Position numbers and translations under genes: made by a program. Under the pieces are notes generated by a model. That model worked only from the letters and a program-made list of their open reading frames with translations, searched no databases and was not told the DNA's origin. This document shows, one piece after another, positions 40,072-49,896 of a DNA stretch of 50,968 bases; position 1 is the stretch's first letter; every line of letters starts with the position of its first letter. Source of the stretch: Minisyncoccia bacterium. Lineage in GTDB: Bacteria > Patescibacteriota > Minisyncoccia > UBA6257. The stretch is from assembly GCA_049699995.1 (NCBI GenBank), contig JBNAWD010000002.1, positions 1-50,968 of the forward strand, given 5' to 3'.

Positions 40072-40810
40072 AATGCCAAATAATTTTTTTAATTTTTTCT
40101 ATTGTTTTCAAGGGATCTTTTTGAGAAAAAATATTTCTTCCTATCACCAATCCATCTAGATTTATTTTCATCACTTTTTTTAATAATAACAAAAATTCTT
40201 TTTCCTCCTTCAAAGGTCCGCCCGCTAAAAGAATTTTTAAATTAGAAAATCTTTGAATCTTTTTTAACTCTTCTAAAGAGCCAGGATATTTAATTTTAAC
40301 AATATCAACGCCCAACTCTAAAGCCAAACGACAGGCATCTCGAGTAAAATTTGGCAATTTTAAAATTTCCTCAGTCACCGGATAAAACCAACCAACAACA
40401 GCCATTTTTCTTTTTCTGGCTTCTTCCTGAACTTTCCTAAATTCTCGAATCATTTCTGATTCATATCGACTGCCCAAATAAATAGTATAACCGACTGCCT
40501 GAGCCTTTAATGAATAAGCGTATTCCACCGAACAATCAAGGGCTGAAAAATAATCATCTTCCCTATTAAAAGGTGTTTTCCCATTAAGTTTTAATATTAA
40601 AGGAACTCGCCAAAAAAAAGGTCTTTTTTGATAAATCTCAGCCAAACCTTTATGTAAAACTATTCCTGTGAATCCTCCCTTTTTTGCCAAAAGAAAAATA
40701 TTAAAAGGATCCTGAGAAAACTGATTAAAATCATTTAATCCATGCTCAAAACCATGATCATAAGCCAAAATTAAAGCCTTTTTGTTTTTAAAAAAAATTT
40801 CGCTATCCAT
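40064..40810 (-). CDS. class I (archaeal/DhnA-type) fructose-bisphosphate aldolase family protein
   Basis: ..AYDHG.EHG.., ..LILKLNG.., Schiff-base region VDIVKIKYPG, and ..GRNIFQ-like GRNIFS. Confidence 0.8.
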   Translation of the reverse strand: MDSEIFFKNKKALILAYDHGFEHGLNDFNQFSQDPFNIFLLAKKGGFTGIVLHKGLAEIYQKRPFFWRVPLILKLNGKTPFNREDDYFSALDCSVEYAYSLKAQAVGYTIYLGSRYESEMIREFRKVQEEARKRKMAVVGWFYPVTEEILKLPNFTRDACRLALELGVDIVKIKYPGSLEELKKIQRFSNLKILLAGGPLKEEKEFLLLLKKVMKINLDGLVIGRNIFSQKDPLKTIEKIKKIIWHSI

Positions 40811-40814
40811 AAAA

Positions 40815-41858
40815 TTAATTTAATTTTATTTTTTTGATTTTAATATTTTCAATTTTGGAAAAATCTATCTCTTTTAAATAAAGAATTCCTGTTTTGGCAC
40901 CTAAATAATTGACAACAGAAGAAGAATTAATCAAAGCCAACCGAATCGCTTTTTCTATCTCTGAATCATCAATTTTTCCAGATTTAATAAGACTGCCAAC
41001 AAAAGCCGAGGCAAAGGCATCGCCCGCGCCGGTTGTTTCCTTTTTTTTCAACGATCTTTTTATAAAATTTTTTCTATTAATATAATTTAGGTAATTTACC
41101 GCTTTTGCGGAATAAAGGTATTTCCCATCAGAAACACTGACTCCCTTTTTTCCTTTAGTCATAACCACTATCCCTTTAACCAATTGATCTATTTTTTGAA
41201 ATAATTTTTTTTCGTTTAAATAATCTATTCCTGTTAAATAAGAAGCTTCTTCTTGGTTGACAATAAAAATATCAAAATAGGAAAGGTCTTGATAGTTATC
41301 TTTTAAATAAATTAATTCTTCCCGGCCAGGATTAATAGCCAATTTTAAGCTTTTGTCTTTTTTAAATTTTAAAAAAAATTTTAAATTTTGACGCTTTTCT
41401 CCCAAAGAGCCTAAAAATAACCAATTGGTTTCAAGTTTTTTAAAAGGAATTTCTGAAAAGTCAAAGTTTTTCGAAGCCCCTTTAAAACTTAAAATTGTTC
41501 TTTCTCCATTTTCTGCCATTAAGATTACTGAATAAGCTGTTGGCTGAACGTAATCAAATTGAACCAAACTTACATCTATCCCTTCATTTTCCAATTCTCT
41601 TAAAATAGTTTCTCCCGAGACGTCTTTTCCTATTCGAAAAATACTACTAACATTTAAACCCATTCTTTTAAAAGTAAAAGCAGTATTGGTAACCCCTCCT
41701 CCGGTCATAAAATGAACTCTTTCTACTTTTACTTTTGCCCCCAAAGGAAAACCAATACCTTTTTTTGTAATCAAACGAGGGTCATGGAAAATAACTGATT
41801 TCATTCCCTCAAAAAAAGCATCTCGGGTAGCTGAGCCAATGGTAATAACTTCAAACAT
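40815..41858 (-). CDS. PfkB-family carbohydrate/nucleoside kinase
   Basis: The N-terminal GG.. motif region and C-terminal TTGAGDAFASAF are signatures of the ribokinase superfamily. Confidence 0.85.
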   Translation of the reverse strand: MFEVITIGSATRDAFFEGMKSVIFHDPRLITKKGIGFPLGAKVKVERVHFMTGGGVTNTAFTFKRMGLNVSSIFRIGKDVSGETILRELENEGIDVSLVQFDYVQPTAYSVILMAENGERTILSFKGASKNFDFSEIPFKKLETNWLFLGSLGEKRQNLKFFLKFKKDKSLKLAINPGREELIYLKDNYQDLSYFDIFIVNQEEASYLTGIDYLNEKKLFQKIDQLVKGIVVMTKGKKGVSVSDGKYLYSAKAVNYLNYINRKNFIKRSLKKKETTGAGDAFASAFVGSLIKSGKIDDSEIEKAIRLALINSSSVVNYLGAKTGILYLKEIDFSKIENIKIKKIKLN

Positions 41859-41860
41859 AA

Positions 41861-42556
41861 TTATCTTAATTCACAAATCTTAAAAAAATCTTTAATCTCC
41901 TTAATAATATTTTTTACCTCTTCCTCACCAAGACCTTTTTCCCCTAAAAGATTTTGATCTAATACTTTTCGAGATTGAAATTTCTGGAGATAATAAGCTC
42001 TGGCCGGCTTAATCCAATCAACTATTTTCATTATATCATTTTTTGTCAAAAAAGGCGCTAAGGTTGTTCGAAATTCATATTCTATTTTTTCTTTTTTTAA
42101 AATTTTAATAGATTGATCAATATTTTTTTCTATATTTCTAATATTAGCGAGCAAAAAATATTTTTCTTTAGGAGCTTTCACATCTAAAGCGACGTAGTCA
42201 ACCAATTTTTCTTTAATTAATTCCTTTAATCTTTCAGGAAAAGAACCGTTATGATCTAATTTGATAAAATAACCGATTTCCTTTACTTTTTTAAAAAATT
42301 TTTTTATTGTCTGATAATGAATTAATGGCTCGCCACCAGTAATACAAATCCCTTCTATTAATCCCTTTCTTTCTTTTAAGAAATCAATGACCTCTTTCTC
42401 GCTAATTCTTGGCTGTTGTTGAATTAAATTTTCTAAAACTAATTCTGGATTTTGACAATAGGGGCAACGAAAATTACAGCCTAAAGTAAAAACAGTACAG
42501 GCTACTTTTTGAGGATAGTCAACCAAAGTAATTTTCTGGAATCCTCCAAAATCCAT
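41861..42556 (-). CDS. nrdG: anaerobic ribonucleoside-triphosphate reductase activating protein (radical SAM)
   Basis: CNFRCPYCQN cluster motif, GGEPL motif, and position directly after nrdD. Confidence 0.9.
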   Translation of the reverse strand: MDFGGFQKITLVDYPQKVACTVFTLGCNFRCPYCQNPELVLENLIQQQPRISEKEVIDFLKERKGLIEGICITGGEPLIHYQTIKKFFKKVKEIGYFIKLDHNGSFPERLKELIKEKLVDYVALDVKAPKEKYFLLANIRNIEKNIDQSIKILKKEKIEYEFRTTLAPFLTKNDIMKIVDWIKPARAYYLQKFQSRKVLDQNLLGEKGLGEEEVKNIIKEIKDFFKICELR

Positions 42557-42562
42557 TAAATT

Positions 42563-44662
42563 TTAAACTTTAAAAACTTTCCTTAAACGAAATTCTTCTT
42601 GTTTGCCTCTATGCCATTGTTGAACTGGCCTTAAATAACCAACTATCCGAGAATAAACTTCGCATGGTTGTTCAATTGTGCATTTTGGACACACAAAATG
42701 CTCGCCAGGAATATAACCATGTACTGGACAAATTGAAAAAGTAGGAGAAAAAGTAAAATAGGGCAATCTGAAATTTTCGAAAATAGTTTTGATTAATTTT
42801 TTAACTGTTATTGGATCAGAAACTGCCTCACCTAAGAAAGCATGGAAAACAGTCCCACCAGTATATTTTGTTTGTAATTCATCTTGCAATTTCAAAGCCT
42901 CAAAAAGATCATCAGTGTAATTTACTGGTAATTGAGTAGAATTAGTATAAAATGGTTCTTTTTCTCCAGCCGTAATAATATCCGGATATTTGTTTTTATC
43001 CTTTAAAGCCAAACGATAAGAAGTTCCTTCTGCGGGAGTTGCTTCTAAGTTGTATAGATTACCGGTTTCTTCTTGATATTTTATTAATCTTTCCCTCATA
43101 AAGTCCAGTATTTCTTTGGCAAATTGAATCCCTTTTTTATCAGCGATATCAACTCCCATAAAGTTTAAAAGAGCCTCATTCATTCCAATAATCCCAATAG
43201 TCGAAAAATGATTCCCCCAATAAGAACCCCTCATTTTCCTAACATTACTTAAATAGTATTTTGAATAAGGATAAAGACCTTTCTCTGTCCATTCTTCCAA
43301 AGCTTTTCTTTTCACCTCTAAACTAGTCTTTGCCAAATCCATTAAGCGGGCTAATCTTTCAAAAAATTCTTTTTTTGTTTTGGAAAGATAGCCAATTCTT
43401 GGCAAGTTAATGGTGACCACCCCAATACTACCAGTTAAAGGATTAGCGCCAAAAAGTCCGCCCCCTCTTTTATAAAGCTCTCGATTATCCAGCCTTAAAC
43501 GGCAACACATTGACCTAGCATCTTCTGGCTTCATATCAGAATTAATAAAATTCGAAAAGTAAGGAATGCCGTATTTAGCCGTCATTTGCCAAATACCATC
43601 ATAATTTTCATTATTCCAATCAAAATCTTTTGTAATATTATAAGTAGGAATAGGGAAAGTAAATACTCGACCAGTAGCATCTCCTTCGACATAAACTTCT
43701 GTCAAAGCTTGATTTAAAAGATCCATTTCTTTTTGAAAATCTTTATAAGTTTCTTTCTGGGGCACCCCACCAATAATAACCGGCAAATCTTTTAAGTGTT
43801 CTGGCACTTTTAAATCTAAAGTAATGTTCTCAAAAGGGGTCTGAAATCCTACCCTTGTCGGAACATTACAATTAAAAAGAAATTCCTGTAAGGCTTGTTT
43901 AACTTCCTGATAAGTTAAATTATCATATCGAATAAAAGGCGCTAAAAGAGTATCAAAGTTTGAAAAGGCCTGGGCTCCAGCCGACTCTCCTTGCAAAGTA
44001 TAAAAATAATTAACAATTTGCCCTAAAGCAGAGCGAAAATGTTTTGCCGGTTTAGATTGAACCTTTCCAAATACGCCACCAAAACCCTTTAACAAAAGAT
44101 CGTATAAATCCCAACCGCAACAATAAGTCGCCAAAATATCTAAATTATGTAAATGAAAATCACCACTTTCATTTGCTTGCCTCACCTCGGGAGGATATAC
44201 TCGATTAAGCCAGTATTTTTTGCTAACATAAGCAGAAACATAATGGTTCAAACCTTGCAAAGAAAAAGCCATATTGGAATTTTCCTTTATCTCCCAAGTT
44301 CCCTCCCCTAAATATTCGTCAACTAAACTTATCCCTTCTTCAGTAGCTAATTTGACCTCCCGGATTTTTCTTCTTTGTTCTCGATATAAAATATAGGCTT
44401 TGGCTGTTTCAACTAAGTCTTCCAATATTAGAACTTCCTCTACTATATCCTGAATCTGCTCAATATTCGGGATTTCATCTTTTTTAAATCTTTTATTTAA
44501 AATTTTGACTACTTTATTGGCAAGTTCTTGAGCCAAATTTTTCCCGCCCGTATTTGTCGCGGTTAAAGCTTTATAAATCGCCTCTTCTATTTTCTTTTTT
44601 TGAAAAGGAACTATTTCTCCACCTCTTCTTTGAATTTTTTTAATCCGATTTTTAATCACCAT
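42563..44662 (-). CDS. nrdD: anaerobic ribonucleoside-triphosphate reductase (class III) with an N-terminal ATP-cone
   Basis: ATP-cone N-terminus (V.KR.G..V.F...KI), C-terminal Zn site CPVHG...CPKC, and glycyl-radical motif SRIVGYLRP. Confidence 0.93.
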   Translation of the reverse strand: MVIKNRIKKIQRRGGEIVPFQKKKIEEAIYKALTATNTGGKNLAQELANKVVKILNKRFKKDEIPNIEQIQDIVEEVLILEDLVETAKAYILYREQRRKIREVKLATEEGISLVDEYLGEGTWEIKENSNMAFSLQGLNHYVSAYVSKKYWLNRVYPPEVRQANESGDFHLHNLDILATYCCGWDLYDLLLKGFGGVFGKVQSKPAKHFRSALGQIVNYFYTLQGESAGAQAFSNFDTLLAPFIRYDNLTYQEVKQALQEFLFNCNVPTRVGFQTPFENITLDLKVPEHLKDLPVIIGGVPQKETYKDFQKEMDLLNQALTEVYVEGDATGRVFTFPIPTYNITKDFDWNNENYDGIWQMTAKYGIPYFSNFINSDMKPEDARSMCCRLRLDNRELYKRGGGLFGANPLTGSIGVVTINLPRIGYLSKTKKEFFERLARLMDLAKTSLEVKRKALEEWTEKGLYPYSKYYLSNVRKMRGSYWGNHFSTIGIIGMNEALLNFMGVDIADKKGIQFAKEILDFMRERLIKYQEETGNLYNLEATPAEGTSYRLALKDKNKYPDIITAGEKEPFYTNSTQLPVNYTDDLFEALKLQDELQTKYTGGTVFHAFLGEAVSDPITVKKLIKTIFENFRLPYFTFSPTFSICPVHGYIPGEHFVCPKCTIEQPCEVYSRIVGYLRPVQQWHRGKQEEFRLRKVFKV

Positions 44663-44701
44663 ATTTTTATTATTTTTATTTATTTAGCTTTTTATTTATT
44701 T

Positions 44702-45979
44702 CTATTTTTTTCTTTTTCTCAAAAAAGCTGGCACTTCGTAATCTTCTTTTCCCATTATTTTTTTCAAGATATCCTCTTTCGATTCTTCTTTTACCCCCTC
44801 ATTGCCTCTTTCTTGTTCAAGCTCTTTTGCCTCTTTGCCTATTTCTTGATCCGATTGCTTTTCTTCAATAACTGGAATTTTTATTTCCAAAGAAGACGCG
44901 GGCAAAACTCTCTCTTCTTGAGTAAAACCACCAGCAATAACAGTAATTTTTACCTCTCCATTTTTTAAGTTAGAATCAAAACTAGCTCCAAAAATTATTT
45001 GAGCCTCTTTGGAAACCGATTGGGTAATAATCCTAGCCGCTTCATTAACCTCCATTAAAGTAAGATCTTTTGCTCCCGAAATATTGAATAATACCCTTGT
45101 CGCTCCATCAATAGAAAGATCTAACAAAGGAGAAGAGATGGCAATTTGGGCTGCTCTTTTTGCCCTTTCTTCTCCCTGGGCTTTACCGATTCCCATCAAA
45201 GCGCTTCCTGCTCCTGTTAAAATGGTTTTTATATTATTAAAATCCAAATTAATCAAGCCAGGTTGGGCAATCAATTGCACAATACTATCCACTCCCTGCC
45301 TTAAAATCTCATCAATTTTACTAAATGCTTCCAATATGGGCGTTGTTTCCTCGATAATGGTAAAAACTTTGTCATTAGAAATGGTCACGATCGCATCTAC
45401 TTCGTTATACAATCTTGCCCAAGCTTCCTCGGCAATCTCCATCCTTTTTTCACCCTCAAAAGAAAATGGTTTGGTTACCACTGCCACAACTAAAGCCCCT
45501 TTTTGTTTAGCTAAATTTGCTATTACTGGCGATGCTCCAGAACCAGTGCCACCCCCTAGACCAGCGGCTAAAAAAACTAAATCGGTTTTCTCGAGAACTT
45601 TAACGATATCGTTGATATCTTCTTCCGCCGCTTTCATTCCTCTGTCGGGATCAGTTCCCGCTCCTAATCCGCGGCAAAGATTTTTTCCGATTTGAATTTT
45701 TACATCCGCTTTTGAATGTTTTAACCCTTGAAGATCAGTATTAATTGCCACTAATTCTACTCCTTCTATTTTTCTTTCTTTCATCCGAGAAACAATATTA
45801 TTTCCTCCTCCGCCAACTCCTATGACCTTTATATTAATATTTCTTAGAACGCTAAAATTGGAAGGTGACAGCTCTCTTTTCTGGTTTTTTTCTTCCTTCT
45901 TTTCTTTCTTAGCTTTTGGTTTTAAATCAGGTTTTTCTTTTTTTGTTTTCATTTCTTTCTTGGAATTGTTTTTCCTCAT
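44702..45979 (-). CDS. ftsZ: cell division protein FtsZ with a ~50-aa K-rich N-terminal extension
   Basis: IKVIGVGGGGNN and GLGGGTGSGASP tubulin signatures, plus the C-terminal peptide DYEVPAFLRKR. Confidence 0.95.
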   Translation of the reverse strand: MRKNNSKKEMKTKKEKPDLKPKAKKEKKEEKNQKRELSPSNFSVLRNINIKVIGVGGGGNNIVSRMKERKIEGVELVAINTDLQGLKHSKADVKIQIGKNLCRGLGAGTDPDRGMKAAEEDINDIVKVLEKTDLVFLAAGLGGGTGSGASPVIANLAKQKGALVVAVVTKPFSFEGEKRMEIAEEAWARLYNEVDAIVTISNDKVFTIIEETTPILEAFSKIDEILRQGVDSIVQLIAQPGLINLDFNNIKTILTGAGSALMGIGKAQGEERAKRAAQIAISSPLLDLSIDGATRVLFNISGAKDLTLMEVNEAARIITQSVSKEAQIIFGASFDSNLKNGEVKITVIAGGFTQEERVLPASSLEIKIPVIEEKQSDQEIGKEAKELEQERGNEGVKEESKEDILKKIMGKEDYEVPAFLRKRKK

Positions 45980-45982
45980 AAA

Positions 45983-47194
45983 TTAAATATTAAAAAACTT
46001 CCAAAAGGGTTTAAATATTTTTCCCAAAAAATGACTTTCTTTAAAGAAAATCTTTCCTGGCTCCTCTCTCAAAAGAAAATTCAATAATCCTAGGGCAGGG
46101 ATAAATTCTAATTGATTTTCTTCTCTATTTTCTTTTTCTATTTTTCCAAACCTCACCGCTAATTTTAATTTATCTTTAATTAAATCTGTAAGATAAGGCA
46201 TTTTCGCTCCCCCTCCATAAATAACTATCCCTGCTGGTAGTTTACAAAATCTATCAATTTGTTTTAGCTCTTCGGCGATAAGATCTAGTATCTCTGAAAG
46301 GCGAGCCTCTATTATTTCCGCTAAAAATTTTTTAGATATTCTTTCCCCAGATCCCTGGAAATATTTTTGAGCGTCAATAAAATCGTTTTTCCCCACTTTC
46401 TTATTATAAGCCACTCCCTCATTTACCTTTATTTCTTCAGCTATATCGACATAAGTCTTTAAACCAACAGCGATATCATTGGTAACATGATTGCCGCCTA
46501 AAGGAAATACCTTCAAATCTATTAGCTCATTATCTTCATAAACGCAAATACTAGTTGTCCCTGCTCCAAAATCAATTGTCATTACCCCTAAATCTTTATC
46601 CTTATCCTTTAAAACAGCTTCCGCCCCGGCTAAAGGAAGAACAAATTTATACGCAAAATTGAGACCAATATATTCCCCCACCTTTTCTAAACTTTTTATA
46701 ACTGGAGAAAAAGTATCTATCAAAATAATTTCCGCCTCTAATTTAATGCCCTTCATTCCGCTTGGGTCTTTTATTTTTTCTCCCCCATCAACTCTAAAAT
46801 TTTTTAAAACTGATTGCACCAAAGATCGATTTAATGGCAAGGCAAACGCTTCTGCCGCTTGAATTGCCTTTTCCATATCTTCCTCTGTTACCTCTTGACT
46901 GCTCCTCGAGATAACAACAGTTCCTTTAGAATTTTTCACCTCTAAATAACCACCGCCAATTCCAGTTACCGCTTCATTAAAATTCAGTCTTTTGTTTGTT
47001 TTTGATATTTCTAAGAGTAAATCCTCGAGAGTTTTCGCCAAAGCTTCCGGGTCATTAATAATCCCGTGTTTAATTCCCTGGGAATTTTTAATTAAAGACA
47101 AAAGAATTTCATAATCTCCATTCAGAGATGGCTGAGCTACTAAAGCTTTAATTTGGGAGCTACCTAAATCCAGAACTAAATAAGGAGGGCGCAT
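45983..47194 (-). CDS. ftsA: cell division protein FtsA
   Basis: Actin-fold motifs LDLGSS.IK, IDFGAGTT and YGGGA, lying directly upstream of ftsZ. Confidence 0.92.
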   Translation of the reverse strand: MRPPYLVLDLGSSQIKALVAQPSLNGDYEILLSLIKNSQGIKHGIINDPEALAKTLEDLLLEISKTNKRLNFNEAVTGIGGGYLEVKNSKGTVVISRSSQEVTEEDMEKAIQAAEAFALPLNRSLVQSVLKNFRVDGGEKIKDPSGMKGIKLEAEIILIDTFSPVIKSLEKVGEYIGLNFAYKFVLPLAGAEAVLKDKDKDLGVMTIDFGAGTTSICVYEDNELIDLKVFPLGGNHVTNDIAVGLKTYVDIAEEIKVNEGVAYNKKVGKNDFIDAQKYFQGSGERISKKFLAEIIEARLSEILDLIAEELKQIDRFCKLPAGIVIYGGGAKMPYLTDLIKDKLKLAVRFGKIEKENREENQLEFIPALGLLNFLLREEPGKIFFKESHFLGKIFKPFWKFFNI

Positions 47195-47658
47195 AAAATA
47201 TTTTTTATTTTTTTAAAAATTAATTTTTCTTTTTTCTCCATTTTCACCCAATCTTCCTTTTTCTTATGTTCAAAACCATATAAATGCAAGAGACCGTGAA
47301 TTAAGAGTTCTAAAAAATAATCCTTAAAAGAAACTTTTAACCCTTTTGCCTCTTTCTTAAGGTTCTTTATTGAGAAAAAAATATCTCCTAAATCTTTCTT
47401 TTCCTGATTTAAGAGAGGAAAAACATCTTGCTTTGTCTGGTAAGGGAAAGACAGAATTGATCCTTGTTTGTCTTCTTTCAGCCAGAAGGTTCTAATTTTT
47501 TTAAATTGGACAGGATCGACAAAGATTAGAGAAATTGAAACTGGTTTTTTCTCTTTTAAAAAAAATAAAACTTTTTCAATTATTGTTTGCAATTTGCGCC
47601 GAGAAAAAGGTAACTTTTCTTTACTTTTATTATACACCAAAATTTCAAATCTTGGCAT
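47176..47658 (-). CDS. ybeY: rRNA maturation endoribonuclease YbeY
   Basis: HGLLHLYGFEH zinc motif. I place the start at the ATG at 47658, which follows GGAGA. The ORF in the supplied track extends to 47688 and overlaps rpsU. Confidence 0.88.
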   Translation of the reverse strand: MPRFEILVYNKSKEKLPFSRRKLQTIIEKVLFFLKEKKPVSISLIFVDPVQFKKIRTFWLKEDKQGSILSFPYQTKQDVFPLLNQEKKDLGDIFFSIKNLKKEAKGLKVSFKDYFLELLIHGLLHLYGFEHKKKEDWVKMEKKEKLIFKKIKNILCALLI

Positions 47659-47680
47659 ATTCTCCGATATATAAAAAAAG

Positions 47681-47893
47681 CTAAGCAAGTTCTTTTTTCT
47701 TTCTCTCTTCTTCCTCTCTTTTTCTTAAACGATATAAAGCAGACAGTTTCTTTGATCTTTCATTAGAAGGAGGAACATAATATTTTCTTTTTTTTGCCTC
47801 CAATAAAATTCCACTCCCTTTAATCACCATAAAAACTCGGGCCAAAAAATTATTTAAACTTTCATTTTTTCTTCTTTTAATTATTAAAGCCAT
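47681..47893 (-). CDS. rpsU: 30S ribosomal protein S21
   Basis: 70-aa basic protein with ..ESL..FLAR......G.L.E.K.R.YY..PS..R pattern. Confidence 0.85.
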   Translation of the reverse strand: MALIIKRRKNESLNNFLARVFMVIKGSGILLEAKKRKYYVPPSNERSKKLSALYRLRKREEEERKKKELA

Positions 47894-47944
47894 AGTTTAG
47901 TTATTTTATTAGTTTGGTTATTTTATTTTTTATTTTACTAAAAT

Positions 47945-49285
47945 TTAAGTAATATTTTCTTTCACCACCACTTTTTCTTGCAGTCTTTTTTTCACTTCCA
48001 TCTCCACTCGGTCCAAAGGCAGGTTTTCTTGAATACCAGATATCATATCTTTAAAAATAATCATCCCTTCGTTAACTTCTTGTTGACCTAAAATTAAACA
48101 ATATTTTATTCCTAGTTTATCGGCTAATTTTAATTGATCTTTTAAATTGTCTTTTGATAAATTTTCCATAACAGAAATATTATTTTTCCGAAAAATCTCC
48201 AAAAGTCTTAAAGCCTCTTCTTTGGCTTGCGGCCCAATTTGAATCAAAAAAATCTCTGGTTTTTCCGCGTTAATTTTTAATTTTCGTCTTTTTAAAATTT
48301 CAATAATTCTTTCAACACCAAAAGCCATTCCTACCCCTGGTTTATCAAGGTCACCTAAAATTTTTATTAAATCATCATACCTTCCGCCACCGCCGATTGA
48401 TAAACCCTTATCATTGTCCTCAACATTTATCTCTATTACTGTCTTAGTATAGTAATCAAAACCTCTCACTAAAGTTTTATCTAAATAATAATCTATCTTT
48501 AAAAAATCTAAATAATTGAGAACCTGACGAAAATGATTTAAACATTCTGAACATAAAAAGTCAATTATTGCTGGCGCTTTTTTCTTTATCTCCTGGCACT
48601 TCAAAGACTTGCAATCGAGAAGCCTTAAAGGATTCTTTTTGTATCGGATTCGACAATCTCCACAAACTTTCTTTAGATTGTTCCGATAATAACTTTTTAA
48701 AACTTTTAAGTAATTTTTTCGACACTTAGAACACCCAATACTATTAAGATAAATCTGGATTTCTTTATCTTTAAACCCTAATTCCTTTAACACAGCTTTC
48801 CCGATTAAAATAAGCTGAGCATCCAAAACCGGATGGCTCCCACCGATCGCCTCAAATCCTAATTGGTAAAATTGACGATAACGACCCGCTTGCGGCCTTT
48901 CGTGTCGAAAGAAAGGACCAAAATAATAAAGCTTAACAGGTTGAGGCTGGTTAAATAAACCATTTTCTAAATAAGCGCGGCATATCGCAGAGGTTCCCTC
49001 TGGTCTTAAAGACAAAATTTCTGAACTGCCTTTTGTTTTGAAAATATACATTTCCTTATTCGCAACCTCTGACCCTTTGCCTGCTCCTCTCAAAAAGACA
49101 TCGGCCTTTTCTACTATTGGCGTCTCTATTCTTTCAAAGCCATAATATTCAAGAACTTTTCTGCTTTTTTCTAATAACCATTGATAAACAATCCAATCCG
49201 AAGGCAAAATATCACTCATTCCTCGAGGAGCCTGGAGTTTAGTTTTGACTTTTTTGTTTAGTTTAGCGTTTTGTTTCCTTCCCAT
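47945..49285 (-). CDS. hisS: histidyl-tRNA synthetase
   Basis: Class II motifs: RGM.D.LP, ..LRPE.T, ..YY.GP.FR.ERPQ.GR.RQF.Q and GGGRYD. Anticodon-binding C-terminus. Confidence 0.93.
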   Translation of the reverse strand: MGRKQNAKLNKKVKTKLQAPRGMSDILPSDWIVYQWLLEKSRKVLEYYGFERIETPIVEKADVFLRGAGKGSEVANKEMYIFKTKGSSEILSLRPEGTSAICRAYLENGLFNQPQPVKLYYFGPFFRHERPQAGRYRQFYQLGFEAIGGSHPVLDAQLILIGKAVLKELGFKDKEIQIYLNSIGCSKCRKNYLKVLKSYYRNNLKKVCGDCRIRYKKNPLRLLDCKSLKCQEIKKKAPAIIDFLCSECLNHFRQVLNYLDFLKIDYYLDKTLVRGFDYYTKTVIEINVEDNDKGLSIGGGGRYDDLIKILGDLDKPGVGMAFGVERIIEILKRRKLKINAEKPEIFLIQIGPQAKEEALRLLEIFRKNNISVMENLSKDNLKDQLKLADKLGIKYCLILGQQEVNEGMIIFKDMISGIQENLPLDRVEMEVKKRLQEKVVVKENIT

Positions 49286-49309
49286 GATAAAAAACTATCA
49301 AAATAAAAC

Positions 49310-49834
49310 TTAAAATAGAGTAATGGATTTTAATGGCCAAAGCCTTAACCACACCCGACCAACAATCGCTTTCCTCTCAATTGGCCCCCAATTCCTTGAA
49401 TCGTAAGAAGCGGCTCGGTTATCTCCCAAAAGAAAATATTGTTGTTCTTTCAAAGTTAAATCAATATTCCCTAAAGTTTCAATGTTTTTCGGTAAAAATT
49501 TTTCTTCTAATTTCATTTGCGTGCCATTTTTAGTGACAACAAAAACCTCTCCATTTCTTATTATCACTCTTTCATTTGGTAATCCGATAATTCTTTTGAT
49601 ATAATACTGTCCGCTATTATTGGGAGCCTTAAAAACCACCACCTCAAATCTTTGAGGTTCCCGGAAACGATAAGAAAGCTCATCGACTATTAAATAGTCT
49701 TTTGGATAAAAATTTGGTTCCATTGAAGAACCGTGGACCACAAAAGGCTGGATTAAGAAGTATCTCACCGGCAAAACAATCATTAAAGCGATAAGAACCA
49801 TTTCTAAATTTTCTTTTATTATTTTTTTCCACAT
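49310..49834 (-). CDS. lepB: signal peptidase I
   Basis: GSSMEPN, YIKRIIGLP.E and GDNR..S.DSR.WG boxes. I place the start at the ATG at 49834. The ORF in the supplied track runs to 49897 and would share a base with the divergent LCP start. Confidence 0.88.
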   Translation of the reverse strand: MWKKIIKENLEMVLIALMIVLPVRYFLIQPFVVHGSSMEPNFYPKDYLIVDELSYRFREPQRFEVVVFKAPNNSGQYYIKRIIGLPNERVIIRNGEVFVVTKNGTQMKLEEKFLPKNIETLGNIDLTLKEQQYFLLGDNRAASYDSRNWGPIERKAIVGRVWLRLWPLKSITLF

Positions 49835-49896
49835 AATCTTGGATAAAATTTTAAAATTTAGTATGATAAGAATATCATAAAAAAAGAAGAAAATCA

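Noticed and set aside
44600-44968. 122-aa plus-strand ORF spanning the ftsZ/nrdD junction
   Set aside because: It is antisense to two well-supported genes and has a low-complexity Phe-rich product.
45009-45695. 228-aa ORF antisense to ftsZ
   Set aside because: ftsZ on the opposite strand has unmistakable tubulin motifs. The antisense product is low-complexity (Ala/Ser/Pro/Ile-rich) with no start context.
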